Assembly (NCBI RefSeq): GCF_963921235.1
Contig: NC_086108.1
Coordinates: 79,610,001 to 79,674,000, forward strand
Origin: Mobula hypostoma
Lineage: Eukaryota
DNA length: 64,000 nucleotides
Reading direction: 5' to 3'
The translations under genes were made by a program, and so were the position numbers. A model generated the notes under the pieces. It made no database searches. It was given only the letters and a program-made list of their open reading frames with translations, and had not been told where the DNA came from. Each line of letters opens with the position of its first letter. Position 1 is the first letter of the stretch. Shown one piece after another: positions 1 to 14,404 of the stretch.

Positions 1-165
1 ATGAATTCCACAGATTCACCACCCTCTGGCTAAAGAAATTTCACCTCATTTCATGATCTAAATGACACCCTTGATTACTGAGCCTGTGCCCTCTGGTCCT
101 AGAACCCCACTCCATAGGAAACGGCCCTCTCCCCATCTGCTCTATTTAGGCCTTTCAATATTCAA
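1..165 (-). mobile_element. CR1 LINE 3' fragment
   Basis: Reverse complement reads ...AAATTTCTTTAGCCAGAGGGTGGTGAATCTGTGGAATTCAT, the same (F)SQRVVNLWNS CR1 ORF2 C-terminal segment found in many other copies in the window. Confidence 0.8.
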
Positions 166-609
166 TATGCAAATTTTGAAATGTCATCCACACCACACGT
201 TTGATGTTTCTGTTCCCAAGGTTTTACCTAATCTGTGAGAACCTCCTGAATTATTGGGTCATGGACAACCAACAGTTGTCAACAAGTGACTGCTAGTAAT
301 GCTTTGTTCATGAAATAAGAGCATGAGAAATCTGTTGATCAGAGCTTCTCTTTCCCCTTCCTTACCCTGCTTTGCCCCCTGATTTAGAGTGGACTTTTGT
401 CATTTACTCTGTCATGGTGAACCTAAAAACAAAGTACTCCCTGCCAACACTTCTTCCACACACCCTTCTTCATTTGTTCAGAAGGAGCAACCGTAGTGAA
501 AATGGAAATAGTGCTTTTTCCAGGGCCACACTGAAGTATCGCAGACACAGTGCTGTCATCTTAGACCATATGCTGAGAATGATTGTGGCTTAAAGCAGAG
601 ACATAATGA

Positions 610-732
<123 letters not shown>

Positions 733-859
733 TAACATAATCATTGTACTAAACTTTGCAAAGTTTACAGTCAAAATTTTTATCAGTTCACAGTTCATCA
801 TTTATTTTATCTCAAGGGAAGAGAACTGTGGGATTGCAAGTTATATCTTATGCTATTTT

Positions 860-1709
860 TTCCATTTTAATATATTTGATGGTAACTGCATTATAATTAC
901 TGAACCATGGCTGAAAGGAGATTATAGCTGGGAGCCTAATGTCCAAGGATACACTTTGTATTTGAAGAACAGGCAGGAAGGCAGAGAGGGCTGCATTGCT
1001 TTGTTGGTAAAAAACTGAAATCAAATCATTGGAAAGAGGTGACATAGGGTTGGAAGGTGTTGAATCATTGTGGATAGAGCTAACGAACTGCAAGGGTGAA
1101 ATGGTCCAGATGGGAGTTGTATACAGACTCCCGAACAGTAGTCATGTGGGACTTCAATATGCAGGTATTCTGGGAAAATCAGGTTGGTGCTGGATTACAG
1201 GAGGGGGAAATTCTGGAGTGCCTACGAGATGGCTTTTTAGAGCAGCTTGTGGTTGAACCCACTAGGGGATCAGCTATTCTGGATTGAGTGTTGGGCGATG
1301 AACCAGAATTGATGAGAGAGCTCAAGGTAAAAGAACCCTTAGGGGCAAGTGATCATCATATGATCAAATTCGCCCTGAAACTTGAGAAGAAGAAGCTAAA
1401 GTCAGATGTATCAGTATACTGTGAAGTAAATGGAATTACAGAGGCATGAGGGAGGAGTTGGCCAGAATTGTTTGGAAAAGAACACTGGCAGAGATGATGG
1501 CACAACAGCAATGGCAGAAATTTCTGGAAGCTTTTCGGAAGGCACAGGATATATACATCCCAAAGAGAAAGAAGTATTCTAAGGGAAAGATGACACAACT
1601 GTAGCTAACAAGAGAAGTCAAAGCCAACATAAAAGTCAAGGAGAGAGCATATAATAGAGCAAAAATTAGTGGGAAGTTAGAGGATTGGGTAGATTTTAAA
1701 AACCAAAAG
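860..1709 (+). mobile_element. CR1 LINE, host copy part 1 (degenerate APE endonuclease region)
   Basis: Broken frames with ITEPWL, ESLWIEL, DFN and PTRGSAILD endonuclease motifs; ends at KISGKLEDWVDFKNQK and resumes at ~5213. Confidence 0.88.
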
Positions 1710-4700
1710 AAACATAGAAACATAGAAAACCTACAGCACAATACAGGCCCTTCGGCCCACAATGCTGTACAAGACATGTACTTACTTTAGAAATTACCTA
1801 GGGTTACCCATAGCCCTCTATGTTTCTAAGCTCCATGTACCTATCCAGGAGCCTCTTAAAAAGATCCTATTGTATCCGCCTCCACCACAGTCGCCAGCAG
1901 CCCATTCCACGAATTCACCATTCTCTGCATAAAAAACTTACCCCAGACATCCCCTCTGTACTTGTTTCCAAGCGCCTTAAAACTGTGCCCTCTCGTGTTA
2001 GCCATTTCAGCCCTGGGAAAAAGCCTCTGACTATCCACACGATCAATGCCTCTCATCATCTTATAGATCTCTATCAGGTCACCTCTCATCCTCCGTCACT
2101 CCAAGGAGAAAAGGCTGAGTTCACTCAACCTATTCTTTTAAGGTATGCTCCCTAATCCAGGCAACATCCTTGTACATCTCCTCTGCACCCTTTCAATAGT
2201 TTCCACATCCTTCCTGTAGTGAGGTGACCAGAACTGAGCACAGTACTCTTAAGTGGGGTCTGACCAGGGTCCTTTATAGCTGTAACATTACCTCTCGGCT
2301 CTTGAACTCCATCCCACAGTTGATGAAGGCCAATCCACTGTATGCCTTTTTAACCACAGAGTCAACCTGTGCAGCAACTTTGAGTGACCGAGGGACACGG
2401 ACCCCAAGATCCCTCTGATCCTCCACACTGCCAAGAGTCTTACCATTAATATTATATTCTGCCATCATATTTGACTTACCAAAATGAACCATCTCATACT
2501 TATCTGGGTTGTACTCCATCTGCCACTTCTCAGCCCAGTTTTGCATCCTATCGATGTCCCACTGTAACCTCTGACAGCCCTCCACACTATCCACAACACC
2601 TCCAACCTTTGTGTCATCAGCAAATTTACTAACCCATCCCTCTACTTCCTCATCTGGGTCATTTATAAAAATCACGAAGAGAAGGGGTCCCAGAACAGAT
2701 CCCTGAGGCACACCACTGGTCACCCACCTCCATGCAGAATATGACCCGTCTACAACCACTCTTTGCCTTCTCTGGGCAAGCCAGTTCTGGATCCACAAAG
2801 CAATGTCCCCTTGGATCCCATGCCTCCTTACTTTCTCAATAAGCCGTGCATGGAGTACCTTATCAAATGCCTTGCTGAAATCCATATACACTAATCTACT
2901 GCTCTACCTTCATCAATGTGTTTAATCACATCCTCAAAAAATTCAGTCAGACTTGTAAAGCACGACCTGCCTTTGACAAAGCCATGCTGACTATTCCTAA
3001 TCATATTATGCCTCTCCAAATGTTCATAAATCCTGCCTCTCGGGATCTTCTCCATCAACTTACCGACCACTGAAGTAAGACTCACTGGTCTATAATTTCC
3101 TGCGCTATCTCTGCTCCCTTTCTTGAATAAGGGAAAAACATCTCCAACCCTCCAATCCTCTGGAACCTCTCCCATCCCCATTGATGATGCAAAGATCATC
3201 GCCAGAGGCTCAGCAATCTCCTCCCTCACCTCTCACAGTAGCCTGGGGTATATCTCATCCGGTCCCGGTGACTTATCCAACTTGATGTTTTCCAAAACCC
3301 CAGCACACCCACTTTCTTAATGTCTATATATGCTCAAGCTTTTCAGTCCGCTGTAAATCATCCCTACAATCACCAAGGTCCTTTTCCGTAGTGAATAATG
3401 AAGCAAAGTATTCATTAGGTATCTCCGCTACCTCCTCCGGTTCCATACACACTTTTCCACTGTCACACTTGATTGGTCCTATTCTCTCATGTCTAATCTT
3501 CTTGCTTTTCACAAACTTGTAGAATGCCTTGGGGTTTCTGCTCGCCAAGGCCTTTTCATGGCCCCTTCTGGCTCCCCTAATTTAATTCTTAAACTCCTTC
3601 CTGCTCACCTTATAATCTTCTGGATCTCTATCATTATCTAGTTTTTTGAACCTTTTGTAAGCTTTTCTTTTCTTGTTGACTGGATTTTCAACAGCCTTTG
3701 TACACCATGGTTCCTGTACTTTACAATTCTTTTCCTGTCTCATTGGAACGCACCCATGCAGAATACCACACAAATATCCCCTGAACATTTACCACATTTC
3801 CGCCGTACATTTCCATGAGAATATCTGTTCCCAATTTATGCTTCCAAGTTCCTGCCTGATAGCTTCATGTTTCCCCTTACTCCAATTAGATGCTTTCCTA
3901 ACTTGTCTGTTCCTATCCCTCTCCATTGCTATGGTGAAGGAGATAGAATTGTGATCACTATCACTATCACAGGTCCCGTTGAGAGACTTGACACCTGACC
4001 AGATTCATTTCCCAATACCAGATCAAGTACAGCCTCTCCTCTTGTAGGCTTATCTACATACTGTGTCAGGAAACCTTCCGGAACACACCTAACAAACTCC
4101 ACCCCATCTAAACTCCTTGATCTAGGGAAATGCCAAACAATTGGGGAAATTAAAATCTCCCACCAGGACAACTCTGTTATTATTGCATCTTTCCAGAATC
4201 TGTCTCCCTATCTGCTCCTCAATGTTCCTCTTACTATTGGATGGTCTATAAAAATTACCCAGTAGAGTTATTGACCCCTTCCTGTTTCTAACTTCCACCC
4301 ACAATGACTCAGAAGATAATCCCTCCATGAATTCCTCCTTTTCTGCAGCCGTGACATTATCTCTGATTAGCAGTGCCACCCCCCTCCCTCCGCCTCTTTT
4401 GCCTCCCTCCCTGTCTTTCTGAAACATCTAAAGCCTGGCACTCTAAGTAGTCATTCCTGCCCCTGAGCCATCCAGGTCTCTGTAATGGCCACAACATCAT
4501 AGCTCCAAGTACTGATTCACGCTTTAAGCTCATTCACTTTGTTCATGATACTCCTTGCATTAAAATAGATACATCTCAAACCATGAGTCTGATTGTATCC
4601 CTTCTCTATCACCTGCCTATCCTCCCTCTATCACTGTCTACAAGCTTCCTCAATTTGTGAGCCATCCGCCCCTTCAGTTCAGGTCCCACCCCCCCAGCGA

Positions 4701-5212
4701 TTCTAGTTTAAACTCTCCCCAATAGCTTTAGCAAACCTCCCTGCCAGGATGTTGGTCCTCCTCAGATTCAAGTGCAACCTGTCCTTTTTGTACAGGTCAC
4801 TCCTGCCCTAAAAGATGTCCCAACGATTCAGAAATCTGAATCCCTCCCCGCTTCAATCCCTCAGCCACGTATTTATCCTCCACCTCACTCTATTCTTATA
4901 CTCACTATAAGAATAATCTTGAGATTACTACCTTTGAGGTCCTGCTTCTCAACTTTGTTCTTAACTCCTTGTAGTCTGTTTTCAGGGCCTCCTCCCTTTT
5001 CCTACCTATGTCGTTGGTACCAACATGTACCACGACCTCTAGCTGTTCACCTTCCCACATCAGAATATCGTGGACGCGATCAGAAACATCCCGGACCCTG
5101 GCACCTGGGAGGCAAACTACCATCCGTGTTTCTTCCCTGCGTCCACAGAATCGCCTGTCTGACCCCCTAACTATACAGTCCCCTATCACTACTGCCATCC
5201 TCTTCCTTTCCC
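1710..5212 (-). mobile_element. Near full-length CR1 LINE (ORF1 SGNH esterase, ORF2 endonuclease + RT), degenerate, nested in another CR1
   Basis: (TTCTATGT)n tail at 1710-1728; RT motifs MDFSKAFDKV, SGVPQGSVLGP, SKFADDTK, NYRPVSLTS; EN motifs ESLWVEV, GDFNFP; ORF1 esterase motifs VVIGDCIVRG, CLPGARV, VVVHVGTNDIG. Confidence 0.93.
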
Positions 5213-7125
5213 TAAAAGTAATTAAGAAGGAAAAGATGGAATACGAAATTAAGCTAGCCAATAATATTAAAGAGCATACCAAAAGTTTCTTCAGACCCAT
5301 AAAGAATAAAAGAGAGACAAGAGCAGATATCAGACCGCTGGAAAATGATGCTGGACAGGTAGTAATGGGGGGTGGGGGAGAAAATGAAATGGCAAGTGAA
5401 CACAATAAGTATTTTTGCATCAGTCTTTACTCTGGAAGACACCAGCAGTATGGTGAAAATTCCAGGTATCGGGGGCGTGAAGTGTGTGAAGTTGCCATAA
5501 ATAAAGAGAAGGTTCTTGGGAAACTGAAAGGTCTGAAGGTAGATAAGTTACCTGGACCAGATGGTGTACACCCTCGGGTTCTGAAAAACGTGACTGAAGA
5601 AATTGTGGAGGCATTAGTAATAATCTTTCAAGAATAATTGTATTCTGGAATGGTTCCAGAAGACTGGAAAATTGCAAATGTCACTCCATTCTTCAAGAAG
5701 GTGGAGAGGCAGAAGAAAGGAAATTATAGGCCAGCTAGTCTAACATCAGTGGTTGGGAAGGTGTTGGAGTTGATTATTAAGGATGAGGTCTCTGAGTACT
5801 TGGAAGCACATGATAAAATAGCCCACAGTCAGCATGGTTTTCTCAAAGGAAAATTTTGCCTGACAAATCTGTTGGAATTCTTTGAAGAAATAACAAGCAG
5901 GTTAGACAAAGAAGAATTGGTTGATGTTGTTTACTTGGATTTTCGGAAGGCTTTTGACAAGGTGCCACATTAGGACGCTTAACAAGGTATGAGACCATGG
6001 TCCTACTTTACTTTACTTTAGCATGGATAAAGCAGTGGCTGATGGGCAGGAGACAAAGAGTGGGAATAAAGGGAGCTGTTTCTGGTTGTCTGCCAGTGGC
6101 TAGTAGTGTTCTACAGGTGTCTGTGTTGGGACTGATTCTTTTTATTTTATATGTCAATGATCTGGACGATGGAATTGATGGCTCTGTTGCAAATTTTGCA
6201 GACAATATGAAAATAGGTGGAGGGGCAGGTAGTTTTGAGAAAGTAAAGAGGCTACAGAAGGTCTTAGACAGATTAGGAGAATGGGCAAAGGAGTAGCAGA
6301 TGAAATACAGTGTCGGGAAGTGTATGGTCATGCCCTTTGGTAGAAGAAATTAAAGGGTTGACTATTTTCTCAATGGAGATAAAATGCAAAAAACTGAGAA
6401 TGTAAAGGGGCTTGGGAATCTTTATGCAGGTTGAGTCTGTGGTGAGGACGGCAAATGTAATGTTAGCATTCATTTCAAGAGGATGAGAATATAAAAGCAA
6501 GGAAATAATGTAAAGACTTTATAAAGCACTGGCAAGGCCTCACTGAAAGTAATGTGAGCAGTTTTTGGCCCCCTATCTTCGAAAGGATGTGCTAAAACTG
6601 GAGAAGGTTCTAAGGAGGTTCACAAAATTATTCCAGGATTGAGTGGTTTTTCATATTAAGAGCTTTTGATGGCTCTGGGCTGATATTCACTAGAATTCAA
6701 AAGAATGAGTGGTGACCTAATTGAAACCTGTCGAATGGTGAAAAGCCTTGATAGGATGGAGAGGATGTGTCCTATGGTGGGAAAGTCTAAGACAGGCATT
6801 CTGAACCTGGGGTTCACAGACTCCTTCGTTAATGGTGGGGGTCCATGGCATTAAAAAAAAAAGGTTCTAATCCCCTGGCCTAAGATCAGCCTCAGAATAG
6901 AGGAGTGTCCTTTTAGAATGGAGATGAGGAGACATTTTTTTAGCCAGGAAGCAGCAAATCCGTGGAATTCTTTGCCACAGACAGCTGTGGAGGCCAAGTC
7001 TTTATAGATATTTAATGCAGAGGCTGATGGATTCTTTATTGGTCAAGGCATGAAGGGACACGGGAGGAAGGCAAAAGACTGGGGCTGAGCAAGGATTGGC
7101 AAGGATACAATGGTGGAGCAGACTT
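5213..7125 (+). mobile_element. CR1 LINE, host copy part 2 (RT and 3' region), degenerate
   Basis: KVIKKEKMEYE...PGPDGVHPRVLK, NYRPASLTS, YLDFRKAFDKVPH, FADNMK; continues the 860-1709 piece; its final 3' tail resumes at 8898-8950. Confidence 0.9.
6793..6877. mobile_element. 85-bp hAT-type MITE
   Basis: Imperfect TIRs CAGGCATTCTGAACCT and AGGTTCTAATCCCCTG; 8-bp TSD GTCTAAGA (6785-6792) / GCCTAAGA (6878-6885); interrupts CR1 sequence. Confidence 0.72.
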
Positions 7126-8897
7126 AGAAACATAGAAACATAGAAAATAGGTGCAGGAGTAGGCCATTCGGCCCCTCGAGCCTGCACCGCCATTTATTAT
7201 GATCATGGCTGATCATCCAACTCAGAACCCCGCCCCAGCCTTCCCTCCATACCCCCTGACCCCTGTAGCCACAAGGGCCATATCCAACTCCCTCTTAAAC
7301 ATAGCCAATGAACTGGCCTCAACAGTTTCCTGTGGCAGAGAATTCCACAGATTCACCACGCTCTGTGTGAAGAAGTTTTTCCTAATCTCGGTCCTAAAAG
7401 GCTTCCCCTCTATCCTCAAACTGTGACCCCTTGTTCTGGACTTCCCCAACATCAGGAACAATCTTCCTGCATCTAGCCTGTCCAATCCCTTCAGGATCTT
7501 ATATGTTTCAATCAGATCCCCCCTCAATCTTCTAAATTCCAACGAGTACAAGCCCAGTTCATCCAGTCTTTCTTCATATGAAAGTCCTGCCATCCCAGGA
7601 ATCAATCTGGTGAACCTTCTTTGTACTCCCTCTATGGCAAAGATGTCTTTCCTCAGATTAGGGGACCAAAACTGCACACAATACTCCAGGTGTGGTCTCA
7701 CCAAGGCCTTGTACAACTGCAGTAGTACCTCCCTGCTCCTGTACTCGAATCCTCTCGCTATAAATGCCAGCATACCATTCGCCTTTTTCACCGCCTGCTG
7801 TACCTGCATGCCCACTTTCAATGACTGGTGTATAATGACACCCAGGTCTCGTTGCACCTCTCCTTTTCCTAATCGGCCACCATTCAGATAATAATCTGTT
7901 TTCCTATTTTTGCCACCAAAGTGGATAACTTCACATTTATCCACATTAAATTGCATCTGCCATGAGTTTGCCCACTCACCCAACCTATCCAAGTCACCCT
8001 GCATCCTCTTAGCATCCTCCTCACAGCTAACACTGCCACCCAGCTTCGTGTCATCCGCAAACTTGGAGATGCTGCATTTAATTCCCTCATCCAAGTCATT
8101 AATATATATTGTAAACAACTGGGGTCCCAGCACTGAGCCTTGCGGTACCCCACTCGTCACCGCCTGCCATTCTGAAAAGGTCCCGTTTATTCCCACTCTT
8201 TGCTTCCTGTCTGCTAACCAATTCTCCACCCACACCAATACCTTACCCCCAATACCGTGTGCTTTAAGTTTGCACACTAATCTCCTGTGTGGGACCTTGT
8301 CAAAAGCCTTTTGAAAATCCAAATATACCACATCCACTGGTTCTCCCCTATCCACTCTACTAGTTACATCCTCAAAAAATTCTATGAGATTCGTCAGACA
8401 TGATTTTCCTTTCACAAATCCATGCTGACTTTGTCCGATCATTTCACCGCTTTCCAAATGTGCTGTTATCACATCCTTGATAACTGACTCCAGCAGTTTC
8501 CCCACCACCGACGTTAGGCTAACCGGTCTATAATTCCCCGGTTTCTCTCTCCCTCCTTTTTTAAAAAGTGGGGTTACATTAGCCACCCTCCAATCCTCAG
8601 GAACTAGTCCAGAATCTAGCGAGTTTTGAAAAATTAACACTAATGCATCCACCTTTTCTTGGGCTACTTCCTTAAGCACTCTGGGATGCAGACCATCTGG
8701 CCCTGGGGATTTATCTGCCTTCAATCCCTTCAATTTACCTAACACCACTTCCCTACTAACATGTATTTCACTCAGTTCCTCCATCTCACTGGACCCTCTG
8801 TCCCTTACTATTTCTGGAAGATTATTTATGTCCTCCTTAGTGAAGACAGAACCAAAGTAATTATTCAATTGGTCTGCCATGTCCTTGCTCCCCATAA
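7126..8897 (-). mobile_element. Young 5'-truncated CR1 LINE with uninterrupted 557-aa RT reading frame
   Basis: ORF 7222-8895 has no stops and all RT motifs (YLDFQKAFDKVPH, GVPQGSVLGP, KFADDTK); (TTCTATGT)n tail; exact TSD AGACTT at 7120-7125 and 8898-8903. Confidence 0.96.
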
Positions 8898-9049
8898 AGA
8901 CTTGATGGACAAAATAGCCTAATTCTACTCCTATATCTTAAGGTCTTATTATTTACAGCTGTCCACAATAAAAACATTCTCTGTTAGAATGATTATATTG
9001 TTAAAATGTACCATTTCAATAAGTATACCATTTTTGTTACCTCAGATAA

Positions 9050-11030
9050 AAATAAATAAGCTGAAAGACATCAGTGGGTTAAGTAGCATCAGAGGAGGCA
9101 AAGGCATGGTCAGTGTTTTAGGTTGAGACCCTGCATCATGACTGAGGTGGCCAGTATTTTAAAGTGTGTGAGAAAGGTAAGGCTTGGACTAGTGGATGAT
9201 AGATGGAAACAGATTGGATTTAGAGGTGGGTGTGCGGTGAAGATTTGGCAGATGAAGCAGGAAGGCTGAGAGTAAAGATAGGCGTTCGTAGATGAACGGT
9301 AGAAGCGGTTTAGGAAGGGGTAGTGGGCAGTTGAGAGGGGACATGAGTCCAGGTATGAGGTGGAATGAAGGGATCGAAAAGTGAAGGGAGAAATTGATTG
9401 AACTGGTGGGAGTGGGAAGGGAACACAGGAGGTTGATTGAAATTAGATAATGCACTGTTCATATGACTGGGTTGGAGGCTGCCCAAGCAAAATGTAAAGT
9501 AGCGTTCTAGCTTTCATTTAGCCTCGAAATGGCAGTGGCAAAGGCCAAGGACAGGTTAGAGTGGGAATGGGAAGTGCAGTTAAAATGACATGCACCCAAA
9601 GACATTGTGAGCAAACTGTGGGTGCTCTCAAAGCAGTCGCCTAGCCTTTCCTTGGTCTCACTGATGTGGAGGAGACCACACTGTGAGCACCAAATGTAAT
9701 GGACCAGGTTGGAAGTGGTGCACGTGAGTCTCTGCCTCATGTGCATGGGGTGTTTAGCTTCCTGGATGGAGGTGAGAGAGTTGGTGCAGGGGTGAATGCT
9801 GCTCACTTTACAGTTGAAGGGGTAAGTGTCAGGGGGCAGGGAATGGTGGGTGGAAATGGGTTGAGCATCCCAGCGAATCACAAAGAGAGTGGTCACTGTG
9901 GAAAGCAGGAAGTGTGGAGAAGGGAGAGGGGAAGGTGTGAATGGCCGTGGGACCCCATTAGAGTTGGTGAAAACAGCAAGGGATGGTGTGCCAGATATAG
10001 AGGCTAACAGAGTGAAAGGGGAGATCTGTCTCAGGTCTGTCTGAGGAGGGAGGGGAGTGAGAGCAGATAGCAGGAAATGGAGGAAATGCACGTGAGGACA
10101 TTTCAATGGGCAAAGAATAGAGAGTATAATCTTGGGAGCAAATACTACTGTGGAGACACAAAACTTGAGAGAAAGGGATGACATTCTTGCAGATGGAGGA
10201 AGTATAGTGAGGAAGCTGTGAGAGTCTGGATATATAGTAGATATCGGTGGTTACTTTACCTCCTGAAATGGAGAAGAAACCAGAAAAGGCAGAGAAGAGT
10301 TAGGGACAATTCAGGTGAATTTGAGGGCAGAATGGAAGTTGGTGACAAAGGTGATACAGTTAATGAGTTCCCCACAGATTCAGCTGTCATTGCAACAGGG
10401 AATGAGTTGGAGACAATTGCCAGTATAGGCTTGGAATGTGGACTGTTCTATGTAGCTGACACAAAGCCAGACTTAGCTATGACCAATGTGAGTGAATGGT
10501 TACACCGTGATTTATAGAAACTGAGAGGAATTGAAAGAGAAGCCGTTGAAAGCAAGGTCAAGATTTGCCAGATGGTTAAGAGTTTTAGTGGGGGGGAACT
10601 AGGTGGCCTTTGCTCAAGAAGGAAATGGAGAGCTCTAAGATGGAGCTGTATAGAGAATAGAAGTGCATGGTAAAGATGAAGGAGTTGGGACCAGAAAAAT
10701 GGAATTTTCAAAATTGGGCATGAAAGGTGTTTCAGATGTAGGTGCAAAGGGACTGGACAGGGGAAACAGAATAGAGTCGGTATATGAAACGATTGAATGA
10801 TCTATCAACACAGTCCTGTCTATGGATCCTAGGTAAGTGATAGAAGTGGCATTGCAGAGGGTGGGGAGACTTCCTGATGGGATGCGATCAGTAACAGTCT
10901 AGGAGACAGTGGCCAGAAAGGAATGAAGAGGTATCCGAAACCTGCCTCAACCGATGCTGCTTGACCCCACAAAGTTCTTCCATCAGTTTCTTTAATGCTC
11001 CATGTTCAGCAATCTTTTGTGTCTGCCGTT
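9050..11030 (-). mobile_element. Degenerate Penelope-like element with inverted terminal copy
   Basis: GIY-YIG-like NLVHYIWCSQCGLLHISETKERLGDCF in ORF 9507-10184; TDIYY..DSHSF RT-thumb remnant near 10200-10255; decayed PLE terminal sequence at 9050-9145 and in opposite orientation at ~10935-11030. Confidence 0.8.
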
Positions 11031-11685
11031 AATTCAGCCGCTTAATTTCAGATGCTCCACCAAATCAAACTACTATCTTCATCTTTATTAACCAACCTTG
11101 CCAGAATTTACTGTTTAAATAGTAATATAAAGAATGTCAAAAAAACTGCAGGGAAATAAATATTAGTAATATAATTTAGTTATTTGAAATGCATGTAATT
11201 ATTTTGTCAGCAGATTAGCTGTTCCATGGGAGTGACTTACTTTAAAGTGCATAGCCCATTGTCCTATTTATTACAAAGAAAATAGTTTCACTTTTCCCTA
11301 ATGCACCGTGCATGTTCCCTTCATCAGCATTCTGCTGCTTTAATTCCCCGTGCAGTACCATTTTTGGATCTGTCCAAATGCTGATCTGCTTGTAGGGAAG
11401 AGAAAGCATTCTGCATTAAAATAAAAGTACAGACAGAGGAGAAAGCAGAACAACGAGGGACAAGTTAAAAGCCTAATATGGGTTTAGTAAACCTTAATAA
11501 AATTAAGAAGCAATTTGTCTGTAATCAATAAAATTCTGTATAACATTCTATTCTCTTTTCAAGCATTTTTCTTAATGACCTGTCAAGGCCCAATCCTTTT
11601 ATGGTCTTAAGACAAATGTAGTTAGATGAAGGAAATGATGATAGTTGATGCCCATGTACTCTGGCAAAGGTATCAGAATGACTGA

Positions 11686-12600
<915 letters not shown>

Positions 12601-12905
12601 TGCACTATTTATAAACTTTTATTGTTTCCTTTTTTTTTGTTCAACTGTGATCTTGTCTCTTAGGAGTGGTACTCAGTGTCTTGGCACAGCCAGTGGAGCC
12701 AGTCAGCTTTTATTTCAGCATTAACCAGTATAAACATTGTTCAGTAATTTCAGCAGCCACAAAATTAACTGTTCTGGCACATAAAACTCAAGGATTGTGG
12801 AAAACAAAGTTATACAAAGTCTCTTATGTTTTACAAGTGTACCCAGTAAACCAAATCCTAGCACACAAGGCAAATACCTCTAGCAAGCTCTCTATTTCTC
12901 TAATG

Positions 12906-12908
<3 letters not shown>

Positions 12909-12961
<53 letters not shown>

Positions 12962-13050
12962 CTCTCTCTGCCTGTGTGTCTCTCTCTGTCTCTATTTCTC
13001 TCTGTCTCTGTCTCTAGTTCTGTCTGTCTCTGTCTCTCTCTCGTTGTCTC
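12909..13050 (+). repeat. (TG)26 microsatellite followed by CT/CTGT-rich low-complexity tract
   Basis: Perfect TG run at 12909-12960, then a degenerate (CT)n/(CTGT)n tract. Confidence 0.97.
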
Positions 13051-14398
13051 CCATAGTCAGCTTTAATCTCCATGAGTTGCCAGGTTTAAAGCAAAGGAAA
13101 GAGTATGCATTTTTAAAAAATGATTATGTATTAGCAAAGCAACACTAAACCTCACGCACCACCAAAACAGTTTAGTGAGATGGCTTACTCACACGTGACC
13201 ATACACCGTGTGTTTTTGTGTGTGTGAAGGTACTTAAAGAAGAGACCATTCTCAGGGATGCTAAACAAAAGTAGCAAAAGCATTTATGAAAACTGTAAAT
13301 ATTATATTATATGTGTCTATTATTGAAAGAATTGTAAAGTATATTAATTTATAATTAATATTCTATGTCATTAATGGAATACTTGAAATTCACTGTGGGC
13401 TGGAAATGTTTTAACAGGAGGGAGACTGCAGAGCACATTTCTCAGGTTACCCCCATGCATTGTGTGTTTGTATGTAAACGAGTGAAGGAGATGACATCTC
13501 TATGCAGAACTACTTATGTACTGTCCCCTGGATATGAACTGGTTCCCAAGGTTAAATTGGGAATAATTTTTTAATAAGTTTTATTTTTAGGAGCTGAAGA
13601 TTAGGTGTAGATGAAAGAATTTGGACTTGGTACTTTATGAAAGTACACACAGGTATTAATTAAACTTGCCTCGTACCTCTGTTGGGACAGTATTCTGTGG
13701 TTCAAAAAATTATTTAAAAATAAGAAGTCATGGGTGACTGTGAAGTAAATGAGCTGGTAGCACTCAGCGTTATTCGTTAGAACTTGCGTGTACAACCTCT
13801 CGTTACATAAACCATATTTCGTAACAGCAACTCTATCATGTTCTAATACCACAGATAATTAAAAAGAAAAGTTATTAAAAAGTGTTTCAACTTAAAAAGC
13901 TGTTGCCTTTCCAATGTCATTCATTCAAAAAAGAAAGTGTTTTAATTTTTTCCTCCTCTGTTGTGTTCCTCGTCCACTGTTTTTCTTTTTACAAATAGCT
14001 GCTTCCCGTGAACAGTTTTGAAAAAATGTAAATCTTGTTGGTCGGGTTACATTGCAAAAAAAAAAACTTCTTTTGAATGTCTTTGTGTTAACTGTACCAG
14101 TGTCAGTTTGTCATAGTTTTAGGGGAAAAAAATGCGCTGATAGAGAACGTTGGCTAGATGTACCTACTGTTGAGATATGAGAAAAAAGTGTTTAGTAAAT
14201 GTCGCCTCTCTCTGCGCTACTGAAAGCTTAATTCAGTATTTGTTGCCACAAAGTATCTAATTTCATCAACAATTCATTTTTGTGTAACCTCTTGATCTGA
14301 TGCTTAAAAAGACAAAAAAATATGAAATTTAATACTATTTATGTAATGCTACTACCATTTTATATAACTGTGTCAAAAATTTCAGTGCTTTTTTAATG

Positions 14399-14404
14399 AA
14401 TAAA
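14399..14404 (+). promoter_or_regulatory. Candidate polyadenylation signal AATAAA of ZSWIM5
   Basis: Canonical hexamer after U-rich upstream sequence, with TTGTGTTT about 35 nt downstream. Confidence 0.6.

Noticed and set aside
5008..5637. 209-aa plus-strand ORF and overlapping 171-aa minus-strand ORF (4905-5420)
   Set aside because: Both cross the junction of two nested, oppositely oriented CR1 copies; chance chimeras rather than genes
12666..13148. 160-aa ORF with CVCVCV/SLSL tract after ZSWIM5
   Set aside because: Kept open by microsatellites in the 3' UTR; no domain signal
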